A stretch of 55,915 nucleotides of DNA, taken from NCBI GenBank assembly GCA_964016885.1, contig CAXHJY010001259.1:1-55915 (forward strand), given 5' to 3'. Made by a program: the position numbers and the translations under genes. Numbering within the stretch: position 1 is the first letter of the stretch; every line of letters starts with the position of its first letter. The notes beneath the pieces are model-generated. The model worked only from the letters and a program-made list of their open reading frames with translations, was not told the origin of the DNA and searched no databases. Positions 12,999-26,238 of this stretch are shown one piece after another. This stretch comes from Eledone cirrhosa (lineage: Eukaryota).

Positions 12999-13060
12999 TT
13001 TTGTCTGAAGAGGGCATACCATATTTTTAATATGATATCCCTGAAATATATATAATGAAA
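12999..13060 (+). ncRNA. Type I hammerhead ribozyme motif in a TA-flanked island (about 12984-13191)
   Basis: TTTTGT-CTGAAGA-GGGCATA...TATCCCT-GAAA-TATATA-TA-ATGAAA. Canonical core, palindromic stem III, stem I with G-U pairs, followed by AATAAA. Confidence 0.72.
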
Positions 13061-13209
13061 TAAATATGGCTTTATAAATGTAGTTTCCATTTGTTTAATA
13101 TCGTAAAATACTCCAAAACTTGTTGAGTGCTTTTATATCAGTTATAAAATATTTACTCGTTGTAACCCAACAATTTTAAATAAAACTTTTGTATATATAT
13201 ATATATATA

Positions 13210-13902
13210 TCATCATCATCACCATCAACGTTTAACGTCCGTGTTCTACGCTTGCATGGGTTTGGACGGGGGTTTTCCCACTTGAGGCAAGAGTGATTGT
13301 CTTGCTCGCATAGGACTGTCTGGCGGGTTTTCTACAGCTGGATGCCCTTCCTAACACCAACCACATTTACAGTGTGGGGCTGGGAGGTTTTTACCGTGTT
13401 GCCTACACGGCCATATTATAGCGTGGACTGTCGGCGGGTTTTCTACAGCTGGATGCTCTTCCTAACACCAACCACATTTACAGTGTGGGGCTGGGAGGTT
13501 TTTACCGTGTTGCCTACACGGCCACATTACAGCGTGGACTGTGTGTTTTTTGTCGTGACACCTACACGATCTATTTGTTTCGGCCTGGATGTTGTGGCAC
13601 CAACATAACTTTAGATTGAAAGGGGAGGTGTGGATGGGGTGGGACGGGGGTGTGTTTTGATAGAGATGCCTACTGACTGTAGTAGGTTTTACTTTGTATT
13701 TAGGTAAGGCGGGTCTTCTCTATTACTGAGTACCACCAAAGGTTTCGGTCCAGTGACATTGTCTTGGAGAGGTGTAAGCGTGTGAGGTCGGAATTTATCA
13801 TGTCGTCCCAGGTTTTTCTGGGTCTGCCTACTCCGTGGCTACCGTCTATCTTTATTGCCCTGCACTTTGTTATGCAGCTGTCGTCTTTCATGCGCATCAC
13901 CG
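13210..13902 (-). mobile_element. RTE 3' fragment
   Basis: VMRMKDDSCITKC...GRPRKTW plus the 3' UTR with the same duplication as the 9739 copy. Confidence 0.9.
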
Positions 13903-14749
13903 CATATATATATATATATATGGAGGCACATGGCTCAGTGATTATATCTGGCCTGGTTTCTATGGCTGGATGCACTTCCTAATGCCAACCACATTTACAG
14001 TAAGTGTGGGCTTTACATTACATGTGGGCTTTACATTACAGTGTGGGCTGGCTGCTTTTTGTCGTGACACCTTCATGGCCACTTCACAGTGTGGGCTGGC
14101 TGCTTTTTGTTGTAACACCTACACGACTACATTACAGTGTAGGCTGGCTGCTTTTTGTCGTGGCACCTACACGACCACTTTACAGTGTGGGCTGGCTGCT
14201 TTTTCATATGTCATTCTTAAAAATACAGTGCTAAACAAAACATCACTACATTGGGTTGAGGTCTGTGGAGTAAGATTTGGCAGACATAGGATTGGCTAAG
14301 GCTTGCTTACACATGGAAAGGAGATCTCTGATTGTCCAAATGCTCCATAGGAAGCAAAAGGAACTAAAGAAGAACAAACTAAAGATACCAGTTGGATAGA
14401 TACATTTTTAAAACTGTTATACAAACAGAATTAAGGGTAATAGATATTAAAATGTTGGAAAAAAATTCATAGACTTACTGTTGCCTCCTTAAAAAATGAA
14501 TCAACTTTAATTTCAAGTATACAGGAGCTATTCACCATTAATTTAGTTAGAAAGCAACTACAAAATAGAACAAAAGGGGCTTTATCGAGGGTTTAAGCTG
14601 TAGGCCTTCCTCACACTGGTTGCATTTTGAAGAATCTATCTAATGGTATGTGTATTTTGAATTTTCTCTCATTTAGAAATTCAAGGTAGCAAGATAATAT
14701 GCCTGAAAAACCTCTTTTTACCTTACTACTGTGCTCTTTGCCAATCATC

Positions 14750-15845
14750 ATCACCATCATTACTGTTTTATATCTATTTTTCCCATGCTTGCATTTTCCA
14801 GCACAGCATACTGCCACTTATCACAGTCCTTCATCAACTCAACTGTGAGCTTCAGTTATTTGAGATCAGCTCTCACAACATCTGCTGAGAACTTCCTTGG
14901 CTTCCATCTACTATAGCTTTCTTCCACTGGAATTTCTTGGCACATCTTCACCCAATAATTATCATCCATATGCATCACATGAATGACCATACAAGTGCAA
15001 TCTTCTATCCTGCAAACTACATCTGATTCTTCTTATATCTGAACTTTCTCTCAGCTCATCAATGCTTTATCATTCATGCATATTAGCAATGCACATCCTT
15101 AAGAACTTGCTTGCTTCATTTCTCACCAGCCTTCACACAACCTTTGCATTTATTGTCCATGTCTCATTAACATGTAACATCACACTTCACAGATTGGCAT
15201 CATACAGCTAGCCTTTCTTTTGTAGAGAGAAACATTTTGTTAACAGAGATAGTAGCTCCCTGAACCTTTTCCATCCTGATTTTACTGTGACTACTATACT
15301 CTTGGTGAAGCCTCCTTCCCCACTAATTTTATCACCTAGGTAGCAGAAGCTATCAACCACTTCTAAGGAGCCTCCCTGGGATTTATTTTACTTATGCTTT
15401 TACTACCAACTATCTCTGTGCAACTGCTACATACTATGTTTACTTTTTCTGTTAGTCTGTCTGCTAACCCACTATACCTCTTGTATATCCAAGATTTACA
15501 TTGTGTACATGATATAGAGTTATGACCAACTACTTTTCTATATATTGAGCATGGTCACTTTCTTGATGGTATCAGGGTCCTGTCTTCTTTCCTGTTTATC
15601 AAAACTTAGGTTTTTCCCATGCTTACTCAAGCCCTTTTGATTCTAAGTTCTGTTTCTAAAGCTGGAATTTCTTCTCCAGCTCTTCCACTGACTTGGTCAT
15701 AAGAACGAAGTTGTCAACATAAAGACATAGACAGCCAGCCTTAAATCCCTTTGATAGGCCTGAAGAACTATAATAAACAGGAGTGGGCTGAGGACTGACC
15801 CTTGATGAACATCTCCCTGCTTTTACCACCACCTCACTGACACCT
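14750..15845 (-). mobile_element. Old degenerate RTE copy
   Basis: Diverged similarity to the younger copies (GATAGCTTCTGCTACCTAGGTGATAAAATTAG on the - strand; HQGSVLSPLL-like sequence near 15780-15810); no long ORF. Confidence 0.7.
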
Positions 15846-16793
15846 CCTTTGTCATTCTCAGTAATCTAGTCCATGATTTTCTTAAACTTGATAATGCAAT
15901 TACTGAGGAATTTAGAAAAAAATAATTCTTTCTAGTGTTATTGGCTCTACAGTATGGTCTTCTGGTTCATTTTGGATGTGTTGCTGTACTAAATTTTGCA
16001 GCTCTTCAATATAAAATTTTACTATGAAACTTTATTTAATTTTTTCAAATCTACTACATTGGTATTTTGCATTCTCCCTTCATTGATTAGCTCAACAATG
16101 TTATTGGTGACTGACTATTTCATCATCAAATTCCAGAAAGTCATTATATGCTTCTGACAATAACTTTTAAAGTCTGTTCATGATGATCTGGGTTATTTTA
16201 TCCCAGGCTCCTTTGTGATTTAGTAGTTTAACCAAATTCCTTAATAGATTGTTTATTTTGGTGATTTATTTCTTTAACAATCTGGTCGATAGTGTTAAAG
16301 GTACCAGGGGTTAATATAAGACATGTCCATGCATTTGAGTAAGGAGGTATTGTTCAGTGATAGGTGAACTACTTTGCCATGAATGCAGATCTAAAGTCTG
16401 TTGGAATTCTTGATTTGGACTGAAATGTCAGTTACTAAAAGTTCCTTAGGTTCAATGCATATTCTTTGTAATATACTTTCAATGCTGGACAAAATTATGA
16501 AACAAGCAGCTTTGTAAAAATTTCTATTTTTACACAGGCCTTCTTGTTTGATTTTCAGATTATGTGTAAATGCATTTTGGATAGTGTCCTCATTAGTCAT
16601 GGTATTTCTGAATGATAATTAACAAACATTGACATCGGAAAAAAGTCTTTGGAAGCAAATTGTTGTATTAAATGATTTTTTGGGGTTTCCCAGAAGTGTT
16701 TTTCTTTGGAGATGAAAATGCAGGATAGTGTTCTTTTGCAGAAAACCCTGTTCAATGTACATTGAATACAAGTTGAGGGAGGCGGGTAGTTAC

Positions 16794-17203
16794 TGGGTTT
16801 AATAATTGTTTCTACTTTTGGCACAAGGCCAGCAATTACCCCAGTGCATTACTGGTACTTTATTTTATCGCCCCCATAAGGACGAAAGGCAAAGTCAACC
16901 TCGGCGGGATTTGAACTCAGATCGTAAAGGGACGTAACTATGCTGGAAAGCATGGCGTCCGACCCTCTACCGATACTGCCAATCCACTGCCATGGGTTTA
17001 ATAATTGTTTCTACTTTAGGCACAAGGCCAGCAATTACCCAGTGCATTACTGGTACTTTATTTTATCGACCCCGTAAGGATGAAAGGCAAAGTCAACCTC
17101 GGCGGGATTTGAACTCAGATCGTAAAGGGACGTAACTATGCTGGAAAGCATGGCGTCCGACCCTCTACCGATACTGCCAATCCACCGCCATGGGTTTAAT
17201 AAT
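16794..17203 (-). mobile_element. Tandem pair of tRNA-derived Nin/Deu-domain-like SINEs
   Basis: Two ~198 bp units with B-box GAGTTCAAATCC and GACTTTGCCTTTC..CCT..GGGTCGATAAAATAAAGTACCAG on the - strand. The 13-mer TGGGTTTAATAAT occurs three times. Confidence 0.82.
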
Positions 17204-18098
17204 ACTCTTCAGAATGTGGGGAAATTATTTGACTGTTTAGGGTTCTGTACTTGCAGCCTCACTAAACTTACATAGGTTGTGGTGTCTGAAGATGCTGCTT
17301 GCTTTTTCCATTATGATAAGTGAGCATGATGGTATGTTTTATTGTTTTGTTGTTTGACCATTATATCTTCCATTTCATTCCAAATATTTACTTCTTGATC
17401 AAGTCCCTTTTGTTGATAATAAAGATATCAATAACAGAAACTATTATTTTGTCTACCTTTATCATATTTCTAACCATTGATGTGGCCAAGCTTAAATACT
17501 TTTAATTTTCAGGAGTTTTCTCGCATGTGCTATATCATCCAATGTATCCTTTTTTTAAAGACTTTAGGGTAAAGATTGGGAAAGATGTAGCTGCTATTTC
17601 TTGCTTGTTGAGCCACCATGCAGAAGCTCCCTTGTTGATTCTGTATATTACTGATGTGAATTTTATTGACCTTGGTGATAAAATATCAAAGTAAACTCTG
17701 ATAGTATTTGAACTTAGAAATGTTATTCCCATTACTATTACTCTCAAGCTGTTGAAATATATGTAATAAAAAAAGGGTGGCACTCTTTTGTTATAGCTTT
17801 GAGTTGACCAATGCCTTGTATGGGAATTTGGTTGTCAGAAATTATTAGGAAGACAATTGTATGTGTGTGTACCTGTCACTGTAAATGTCAAATCGACATT
17901 GTTTATAAACAATGACAGCTAATTATGTCCTCAACGATACATCCAACTGTGTAGGGTTCAACATACATGAGCAGCATATACCATACTTGGGATAAGGTAT
18001 CAGGAAGGGCTTCCGGCCATACAAAAAAAACAAATAAAAAAAAACTACCAGTAAAGGTCATGCCCCAAGTAATTTCTTTATTTCTTTATCTATTCTAG

Positions 18099-18238
18099 GT
18101 GCCCAAGGTATAGATTTTTCACTTGAGACTGAAAATGTTGAGTTGGGACTGAAGAAAGTTTCAAAAACGTTGCTTGAACATGGGGTCACATCATTCTGCC
18201 CCACAATTGTTTCATCCTCTACCGACAAATATCATCAG
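18099..18238 (+). CDS. AMDHD2: N-acetylglucosamine-6-phosphate deacetylase, internal exon A
   Basis: AG/GT bounded; (G)AQGIDFSLETENVELGLKKVSKTLLEHGVTSFCPTIVSSSTDKYHQ contains the NagA motif HGVTSFCPT. Not on the ORF track. Confidence 0.93.
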
Positions 18239-18880
18239 GTGAGTGAACAACAGTTCTGATATTCTGATGTGTTTCTTGCCATTCATGAATGTTGGTGCCA
18301 CTATAAAAATCACCCAGTCCACACTATAATGTGGTCATGCTGGTGACATTATAAAAAGTGCCCCGACCACACTGTAAAGTAATCGTGCTGGTGAAACAAC
18401 AAAAAGTGTCCTATCCACACTTGTAAAGAGATCGTTTTAGTGACATGATAAAAAATACCCAATACTCACTGTAAAGTGATTGTTTTGGTACCTCGATAAA
18501 ATCACCCAGTCGACACTGTAAATGTGGTTGGTGTTAGGAAGGGTGTCCTATAGAAATCAAGCCAGAAACATTTCTGTATGAGCAAGACATGGTCACCTGA
18601 TCTGACATGTCTCACAATGAGACAACCTATCTAACGCATGCTAGCAGGGAAAAAAAATGGACGTCAAATGGTGATGTTGATGAAAACAGAAAATGATCTG
18701 ATCATGGAAAGAGGTTCATATAAGGTTATAATTAAACTGAAGAAACAGTAGAAATCCAGTACCATATATATTGCAGAAATATTATGGTGTCATCTAGGAA
18801 ATGTGGGTTTGAATTCTATCTTACGCTATTTCTTTTTCTCTCTGTATTTCTTATGCTTGTATTCATTGAAAAATTATTAA

Positions 18881-19109
18881 TTAACCCTTTACCATTTACA
18901 TTACTCTATATATACTATAGTATTTTTGTGGTAAAAGCTTTATCTTACATAATTATCTCACATAATATTGAATCTATGAGATTTTGATAGTATTTATTTT
19001 GAGAACAATACCTTAATGTAGATATGAGCAGCTGGATACAGCTGGTTTGAACAAAAAGAGGTGAGAGAGTTTGGGCCAGATACGGCCAGTTTAAATGTTA
19101 AAGGGTTAA
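18881..19109 (-). mobile_element. piggyBac-type MITE (~225 bp)
   Basis: TTAA-CCCTTTA...TAAAGGG-TTAA termini; opposite orientation to the three other copies. Confidence 0.8.
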
Positions 19110-19304
19110 TGGATTTATTTAATAATTTAAGTAGTTTTCTCTGGACATCAATATATACACAATATATATTTACTTTGTCATGTATGAAGTCACTGTATAA
19201 AATAGTAACTTTATATGAAACAAGTGGATGTTTAAATATAACTGTGTTAAAATAGTTTTATTTAGTATATCTAGATGTGATATATGATGTCACTGTATAA
19301 AATT

Positions 19305-19510
19305 CTTGTATCTGAGAGCATCGGACATCATACTTAGTGGCATAGAGTTACGGCCCTTTGCATTCTGAGTTCAAATCTCGTTGAGGTTAGCTTTGCCTTT
19401 CATCCTTACAGGTCGATAAAATAAAGCACCAGTAATGCACTGGGGTCGATTTAATTGACGTTAACCTCCTCTAAAATTGCTGGCCTTGTACCTATAGTAG
19501 AAACAATTAT
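19305..19510 (+). mobile_element. Nin/Deu-like SINE copy
   Basis: TTCTGAGTTCAAATC...TTTGCCTTTCATCC...GTCGATAAAATAAAGCACCAG. Confidence 0.7.
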
Positions 19511-20235
19511 TATCATCATATTTACATCCATTTTTCTGAACTTGCATGGATTAGACAAGTCCTCTTCAGTACAGCATCTCTTTGGTATCTTTCCATTCTG
19601 TTTTTTTGAGAGGTGAAGTTTCTTGAGATTGGCTTTCATCACCTCTGTTCATAATTACTTTGTGATCTATGAAGTCTTGCATCACTGTATATAACAAGTT
19701 CAGTCTCACTGCATCACACCTTGGATAAATGCCTTTTATTATAGCATCATTCATGCTATAGCTTGTATCATTATAGTGTTTTGTTTGAGGGCTACTTCAA
19801 TGTAAATTGAACAGTAATTGTTGAATATATGATAACAAAGAAGGTATGATTTATAGGTCCTTATATTTTGAGATAGAATCACTTTATCAAAACATTAATA
19901 GACAAAACTAATTTGGAGCTATACAAATGGCAGCTTAAAATCAACAAAAATATACAGTTTCAAAATTGTTCCTTCTATTGATGTTTTGATAATGGGATTT
20001 ATCCTCAAAATAAGGGCCTATGAAGAACTAAAAGGTAACATAACCACATCTTTGTTATATTTTTAACATTTGCTCTCCAATTTATATTGCAGTAGCCTTC
20101 CAATAAAACACTATTTTCTACACTTTACGTAATACTTCAAGCAAACTACAACAGCCTCTTGTATCATTATATTTAGTGTAGTTTATTTTGTAACTCTTCT
20201 TTTCCAACTGAAATAATTCATATAAATCAATTCAG

Positions 20236-20290
20236 ATTTTACCACACTTGAAGAAAACAGAAGGCAGTAAAGAAGGTTCTGGAATACTTG
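20236..20290 (+). CDS. AMDHD2: AMDHD2 internal exon B
   Basis: ttcag|ILPHLKKTEGSKEGSGIL(G)|gtaaat; phase 0 in and phase 1 out, compatible with its neighbours. Confidence 0.88.
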
Positions 20291-20502
20291 GTAAATATCC
20301 CTTATTCTTTTATTCCATTATTGGTTTTTGTTTTTTACTGGTTATAGTCATTGGACTATGGGTCATCTTGGGAATTATTATACTGTCAATAGTACAGTTA
20401 GGCCTTGAATATACAAACTATGAGACAAGATATGTGGGTATGACATTTGTTAATGATAACTGATCTTGTTGTAAACAAAGGACACCATTCTGAACAAAGA
20501 TA

Positions 20503-20885
20503 CAGACATAGGTGTATAGTTAAGGAGTTTATTTCGCAACCACCTATTTTTAAGTTCAGTCTCACTGTGTGACACCTTGGAGAAGTATCTTCTATTACAG
20601 CATCAAGTTGACCAGTACATTGTGAATGAAATTTGTTAGCTGGAAACTGAGTGGAAATTGATTGTGTATATTTATGTGTGTATGAGCGTGAGTGTGCATA
20701 TGTGTGTTTATGTACATATTTACTATTTATGTTTCATTACTTAGCAGTTTGACAAATAGAGATCAATAAAACTAAGTACCTGACGTTAAAAGTATCGGAG
20801 ATCAATATGATTGCCCAAATCCCTTCAAGTTTGTGTTCCAGCATAGCCACAGTCTACTGATTGAAACTAGTTAAAGAAATAAAAG
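20503..20885 (+). mobile_element. Old tRNA-derived SINE of a third family
   Basis: Degenerate A/B boxes, a CORE-like ACCTTGGAGAAGTATCTT block and an internal (TG)-rich tract; a related fragment lies near 17750-17870. Confidence 0.5.
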
Positions 20886-21191
20886 AATAATTACATATAA
20901 AAGTATGTTTACTGAGATTTTAGGTCATTCAGTATATAAAATGTACTCTTGTGCAATTTTTGATGCCTTCTTTCATCATGATTCAGATATAAAATTTCAT
21001 GTTTGTGTTTGTCAGTAGTATTCACTGTCTCTTCACAGACAAAGTAACAACAACAAACTTGATTATTGTAACACTTAGATAGTTACAACAAAGTTGTATT
21101 GTGAAGGGAAATATCACTGATTTTATGATGCTTTTATATCTTTTATAGTGCCCTATCATCAATTTTATGTTAATAGTATTTTAATACTGTT

Positions 21192-21419
21192 TTAACCCTT
21201 TAGCATTTAAACTGGCTGTATCGGGCCAGAATTCTCTCATTTCTTTCTGTTCAAACTGGCCGTAACTGGTCACTCATACTTATGTTAAGGTATTGTTCTC
21301 AAAATAAATAATACAAAATCTCATAGAATCGATACTATGTGAGATAGTTATGTGAGATAAAGCCTTTCCCATGAAAATACAATAGTAAATATAGAGTAAT
21401 GTAAATGTTAAAGGGTTAA
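21192..21419 (+). mobile_element. piggyBac-type MITE copy
   Basis: TTAACCCTTTAGCATTT...AAATGTTAAAGGGTTAA. Confidence 0.82.
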
Positions 21420-22975
21420 GTAACCAGCTGGAATCAAATCAACTGGTTGATTCACATATGATATTTTTGAGGACTATTAACAAAAGACACGATTGTCACA
21501 CCAGTTTCAGTAATACCTCTTTGATGTAATGTTTTCACATATTCTTCAATAATTTCACTTTTAACCATTGTAAACAAAAGAAAATGAAAGGATAGCACTG
21601 GTAATATTCTTACATTTGTGTTACACAGTACGGCTAATTCACAGGACCTTGAGATGTTGTTTGTATAATCTGAAATTTGAATAATTGATGTTTTGATAAC
21701 AATGTTTGATTGTCTAGTTGATTATGTTTATTCTATTGCTTTGTCTGTTATTTATTTTATCTGTTTTGTAAGGAATGAAAGACATGTCAATGTTAATATG
21801 AATGAATTTAAGTAAAACAGAATTACATATTGTTAAATATTTTTGTTCATCCCATGTATTTTCTTCATCTAATGCTGACACATGAACTGTACTTCTACAA
21901 AGTTTCTCATCATCATCATCATCATCAGCATCATCATATCCAACATCATCACCATTTTATGTTTGCTTTTTCACGCTTGTATGGGTTGGACAGGTCTTTC
22001 CTGATGCAGTAACCCTCTACTCATTGTGGTCCTTTGTCATCTGTGTGAGCTTCAGCAATTCAAGATCAGTTCTCACCATCCAGGTCTTCCTTGGTCTTCT
22101 ACTGCAGCTTTTTTTCTGTCTGCAAAATTTCAGTCACATAGCTTAGATTAATTTGAGGCTATAGAACATGGTAGCTTATGGTGCATCCCAGTGGTATTGT
22201 GCCAGGAGCCCTGTGGTTGCAAAAGAAACTTCTTAACTATATGGCTATTTCTACACTCACATCTACTTAGAAATGCCTTTTGAAACTGTTTCTAATCTCA
22301 AGAAGATTAAATGGGTTGCTAATATATTTGATGATGCAACTTGAACACAGACTGGGGCTTGATCAACTTTGGTTAGGTCACCTGGATAAGGATTATGTTG
22401 TAAGACCTCCAAATCATCCAGTGACTTCAGGATACAACACTGTTGACGTGTGAAAAACTTGAGACTGGTGAGATTAATGCTATAGATCAAGTGTTGGCAA
22501 CCATGTTTGAATGTAGACCAAACTGGAAATATTTTTTATGTTTTTCAGTCTTTCAGACCAAAGAATGATGTAGAAAACAAGAAATTTTGTATGAAACATC
22601 TCATATTTTGTAAAGTTTGCAGGTTAGCTGAAATGAAACTACGGTTAAATATAACCAATGGGTTATAGATTGCCATCTTGTCTCATAAACAATACTCACT
22701 TTTAACATCTATTATAAGTTGACATCTCCATGACAATAGTAGAGTGGAGCAGGAATTCCAGAATATCGATTCTCTTGGGAGAAAAGTTCAGATGGATGTG
22801 AAAGTAGTCAATGCAGACCTTGTGTATGAGAAAAGAATAAAGGTGACTAGAAGTAGAGAGAGAGGAGTATTGGGTGGCACCTAGTAAAGATGACATGATG
22901 TTACCAGTTAGTTCAGCAGAGCAAAATTCATCCAGATTTGTTGTAAAATAAATTTAATTTGTGTTTCATTTTTAG

Positions 22976-23185
22976 GTGTTCATTTGGAAGGTCCATTTAT
23001 TAACAAGGAAAAGAAAGGAGCCCATTCACAGGAGTGCCTGAAAACTTTTCACAATGGATTACAGGATGTATTAAATGTTTATGGCCAAATCGACAATGCT
23101 GTTATCATTACTTTAGCACCTGAACTTGATAATGCAAGCAATGTTATCAAAGAGCTTTCACAAAGAGGCATCATAGTTTCTTTAG
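22976..23185 (+). CDS. AMDHD2: AMDHD2 internal exon C
   Basis: VHLEGPFINKEKKGAH...ITLAPEL...GIIVSL(G), including the metal-ligand Glu motif HLEGPF. Confidence 0.96.
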
Positions 23186-23218
23186 GTAGGTTAACACAAA
23201 TTTGATAAAATTGTTTAT

Positions 23219-23446
23219 TTAACTCATTAGTATTTAAATTGGCTATATCTGGCCAGAATTCTCTCACCTCTTTCTGTTCAAACTGGCTGTAACTGGTCGT
23301 TCATACTGATGTTAAGGTATTGTTCTCAAAATAAATGATATCAAAATCTCATAGATTCAATATTATGTGAGATAATTATGAGACGTAAAGCCTTTACCAC
23401 AAAATATAATAGTGTATAAGGAATAATGTAAATGGTAAAGGGTTAA
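23219..23446 (+). mobile_element. piggyBac-type MITE copy
   Basis: Same internal sequence; decayed left TIR; TTAA at both ends. Confidence 0.78.
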
Positions 23447-24195
23447 TCATATTATAGCTCAAATGTTGCTGTAGCTAGAATGCCAACTCCCCCATCCCCA
23501 CTTCAATGACTTATTATAAGGTAACCCATTTATGAGAGTAGTCACTCTTTAGTGCTGGTGGTGCAACAAAATGTACCCAGTCCATGCTGCAAAGTGGTTG
23601 ATGATAGGAAGGGCATCAAGTCAGAAAAACTGTCAAAAATTATGGAAAGCACAACTTATAACACAGAAAAACAGACATAAAATGATAATGATAATGATCC
23701 AAAATCTTTCTTCTTAAATAAGCCATAACTCACATAGTCTGAAGTAATGAACTAACTCACCTGTTAGTTCAATTGCCCCCAAATATAGGCTGTGAATTGG
23801 CTCTGTTTAGGAAGGACATCCAACTGTAGAAACCATGCCAAATATAGAATGTATGAGCAACACTTGCTCCTCTGATCAGTCTTGTCTAGTCTCAGCTCTT
23901 GATAAGTCCATCACACACAGTACAAGAGGAACAGCTTTATCAGGCAGCAAGTCACCAAATATACTGGCAGGCAGGAACCAGTGGAAAATAATTAAATGAA
24001 ACCAAGTTCGCTTGGTATGGACATGATCCCACTACAACTCACTATCCCAAACCATTCTCCAGAGCACAGTTGAAGGAGGGTGAAAAAGAGGCAGACATAG
24101 TTTCCTTGACCTGATCTCATGATTGACTCTATTCATTAATGAACATTTTACAAAACAAAGAAATATCACTCTACCAAAATACATCATTATTTTAT

Positions 24196-24400
24196 TGGCA
24201 TAATCAGTAGAGTATTGGATTACATGCTTAGGGGCATAGATTTACAGTCCTTTACATTCTGAGTTCAATTCCCGACTAGGTTAGCTTTGTCTTTCATCCT
24301 TACGGGGTCGATAAAATAAAGTACAGTAATGCACTGGGGTCGATTTAATTGACTTTCCTCTTCCCCAAAATTGTTAGCTTTGGGCCTAAATCAGAAACCA
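24196..24400 (+). mobile_element. Nin/Deu-like SINE copy
   Basis: Same motifs as the 19305 copy. Confidence 0.7.
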
Positions 24401-24449
24401 TTATTTTAATTGATTCTTTATTTATTTTTGTTTGTTTGTATCATTTTAG

Positions 24450-24538
24450 GTCATTCAATGTCTAATCTTGTACAAGGAGAAATTGCTGTTCAACACGGTG
24501 CCTCTTTCATCACCCACTTATTTAACGCCATGTTGCCA
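24450..24538 (+). CDS. AMDHD2: AMDHD2 internal exon D
   Basis: (G)[29 protein letters not shown]|gtaagt, with the metal-binding His motifs GHS and THLFNAM. Confidence 0.96.
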
Positions 24539-25089
24539 GTAAGTTGTTGTTTAATGCTTTTCAGATGTTCTTTAACTTGGATTACCATATTTATAATGAA
24601 AAATGTTTCTTGTGATTTTCAATTAATTTTGAAAATAATCAAAAACTAACTTTCTCATTATTTATCTGGTGTTGAAATGGAGTAGAGCTGGTGTCATAAT
24701 AAAATACACCCAGCTCACTCTGTAAACTTGTAGTGCTGGTGCTATGATAAAAGTTGCAATGGTGTAGTGCTGGTGTCACAATAAAATACATGCATCCATT
24801 TCATTGAATCTTTCAATTAACCCATTCATTGTCGTGTTCTTTATGAAATACATTGGTATGAGTTTCAATTGATTTTGAAAATAATGAGGAATTTGGTAAG
24901 ATTTATGAAAATAAGTAACATTTTAATTACTAAGTCTGTGTGAAATTGCAAGGGAAATAGTTTCTGTCAATCTGCCTATCAACCTATCAACCAAATTTTA
25001 CAGTTGACTGACTTTAGTGTGTGGGAGACCATATGTATGCTGTCTCATAGTTCCAGCAGACAGAATGGAGAAAACATTGCTCTGGAAGA

Positions 25090-25760
25090 TGGTGAGGGAG
25101 ACACATTGGACTAGCCATTCCAACTCATGTGGCTCACTCTTGTGGGTAGCCAACTCTGCCCAATAGTAGTGAGTAGGGATGTAGTCCAGGGGTCAAGAAT
25201 GCCAGAATTCTCCATTGCTACAGGTTCAACCAAAAACCTATGGGAAAGCAACCAATATTTCAAAGGTTTTCCCTCTTTGGCCTGATGAGCAACAAAGTCA
25301 GGATTAGTCACTGAATGCACCAAGTGGCTGTTTGAAAAGATGTTACAGAATATAGCATCCCAAATGAAGAGGGGCCTACCACTGTGGAATGGGAAGATTG
25401 TTATGTTGTCTGTGCTTTTACTATCCCCTCGATCCAAGTCTGCCGACTTGAACTGGGAAGGGAAGCTTGCAGCATCCAAGCCATGCTTTATGACCTTGTT
25501 GAGAGCAACATGGCATGGGAGGTGGCCAACACTATAATGGCATGCTAGAGGGTGGAGGCTGGATCTCAGGGAAATACTAATGTGCAAACAGTTCTTGTCT
25601 AGCTGAGTATTAGTTGAGAGTTTTTGTATAGCATTGATCCAGGCATGATTGTTGGGCTGGAAGGCTAAGCAAAAACATACCAGACACTGCTAGTAAAGCT
25701 TGTGCACCAGTCTATCTGAAGTCATATCACACTGGGTGGCCTTTCATTTACTGTAAGGGG
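25090..25760 (-). mobile_element. Degenerate CRE-like (restriction-like endonuclease) non-LTR element, C-terminal fragment
   Basis: ORF 25111-25587: HPLAC...HVALNKVIK..LDAA.FPSQ...LDRGDSKSTDNITIFPF..GRPLFIWDA...EPVAMENSG resembles the CCHC plus RPDG..WD RLE layout. Confidence 0.65.
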
Positions 25761-26031
25761 ACTGAACATCTATGGAGAGGAGAAGGGTATTGAAACATAA
25801 CTTAACAAAAGGTTCTTTGATGAAATTATGTCATTAGAGGTGATTAAGAGTTGATGCCAGGAAAGGCATCTGACTGTAAAACATTGCCTCAAAAAGAATC
25901 CCATGACGAGTATGAAATTTTTAATGGGGTCAGCAAGGTTAACCGCCATTTTATTTTGAAAATTGCCCTTAAAATGCATATAGTAGTAAATTTAGATCTG
26001 TCATGGGGCCACTCATGGCTAATCCATTGCT

Positions 26032-26238
26032 TTAACCCTTTAGCATTTAAACTGGCTACATCCGGCCAGAATTCTCTGACCACTTTCTGTTCAAACCGGC
26101 TGCTCATACTGATGTTAATATATCGTTTTCAAAATAAATAATATCAAAATCTCATAGATTCAATATTATGTAAAATAAAAGTCTTTACCGTGAAAATATA
26201 ATTGTAAATATAGAGTAATGTAAATGCTAAAGGGTGAA
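26032..26238 (+). mobile_element. piggyBac-type MITE copy
   Basis: TTAACCCTTTAGCATTTA...TAAATGCTAAAGGG(TGAA). Confidence 0.78.
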
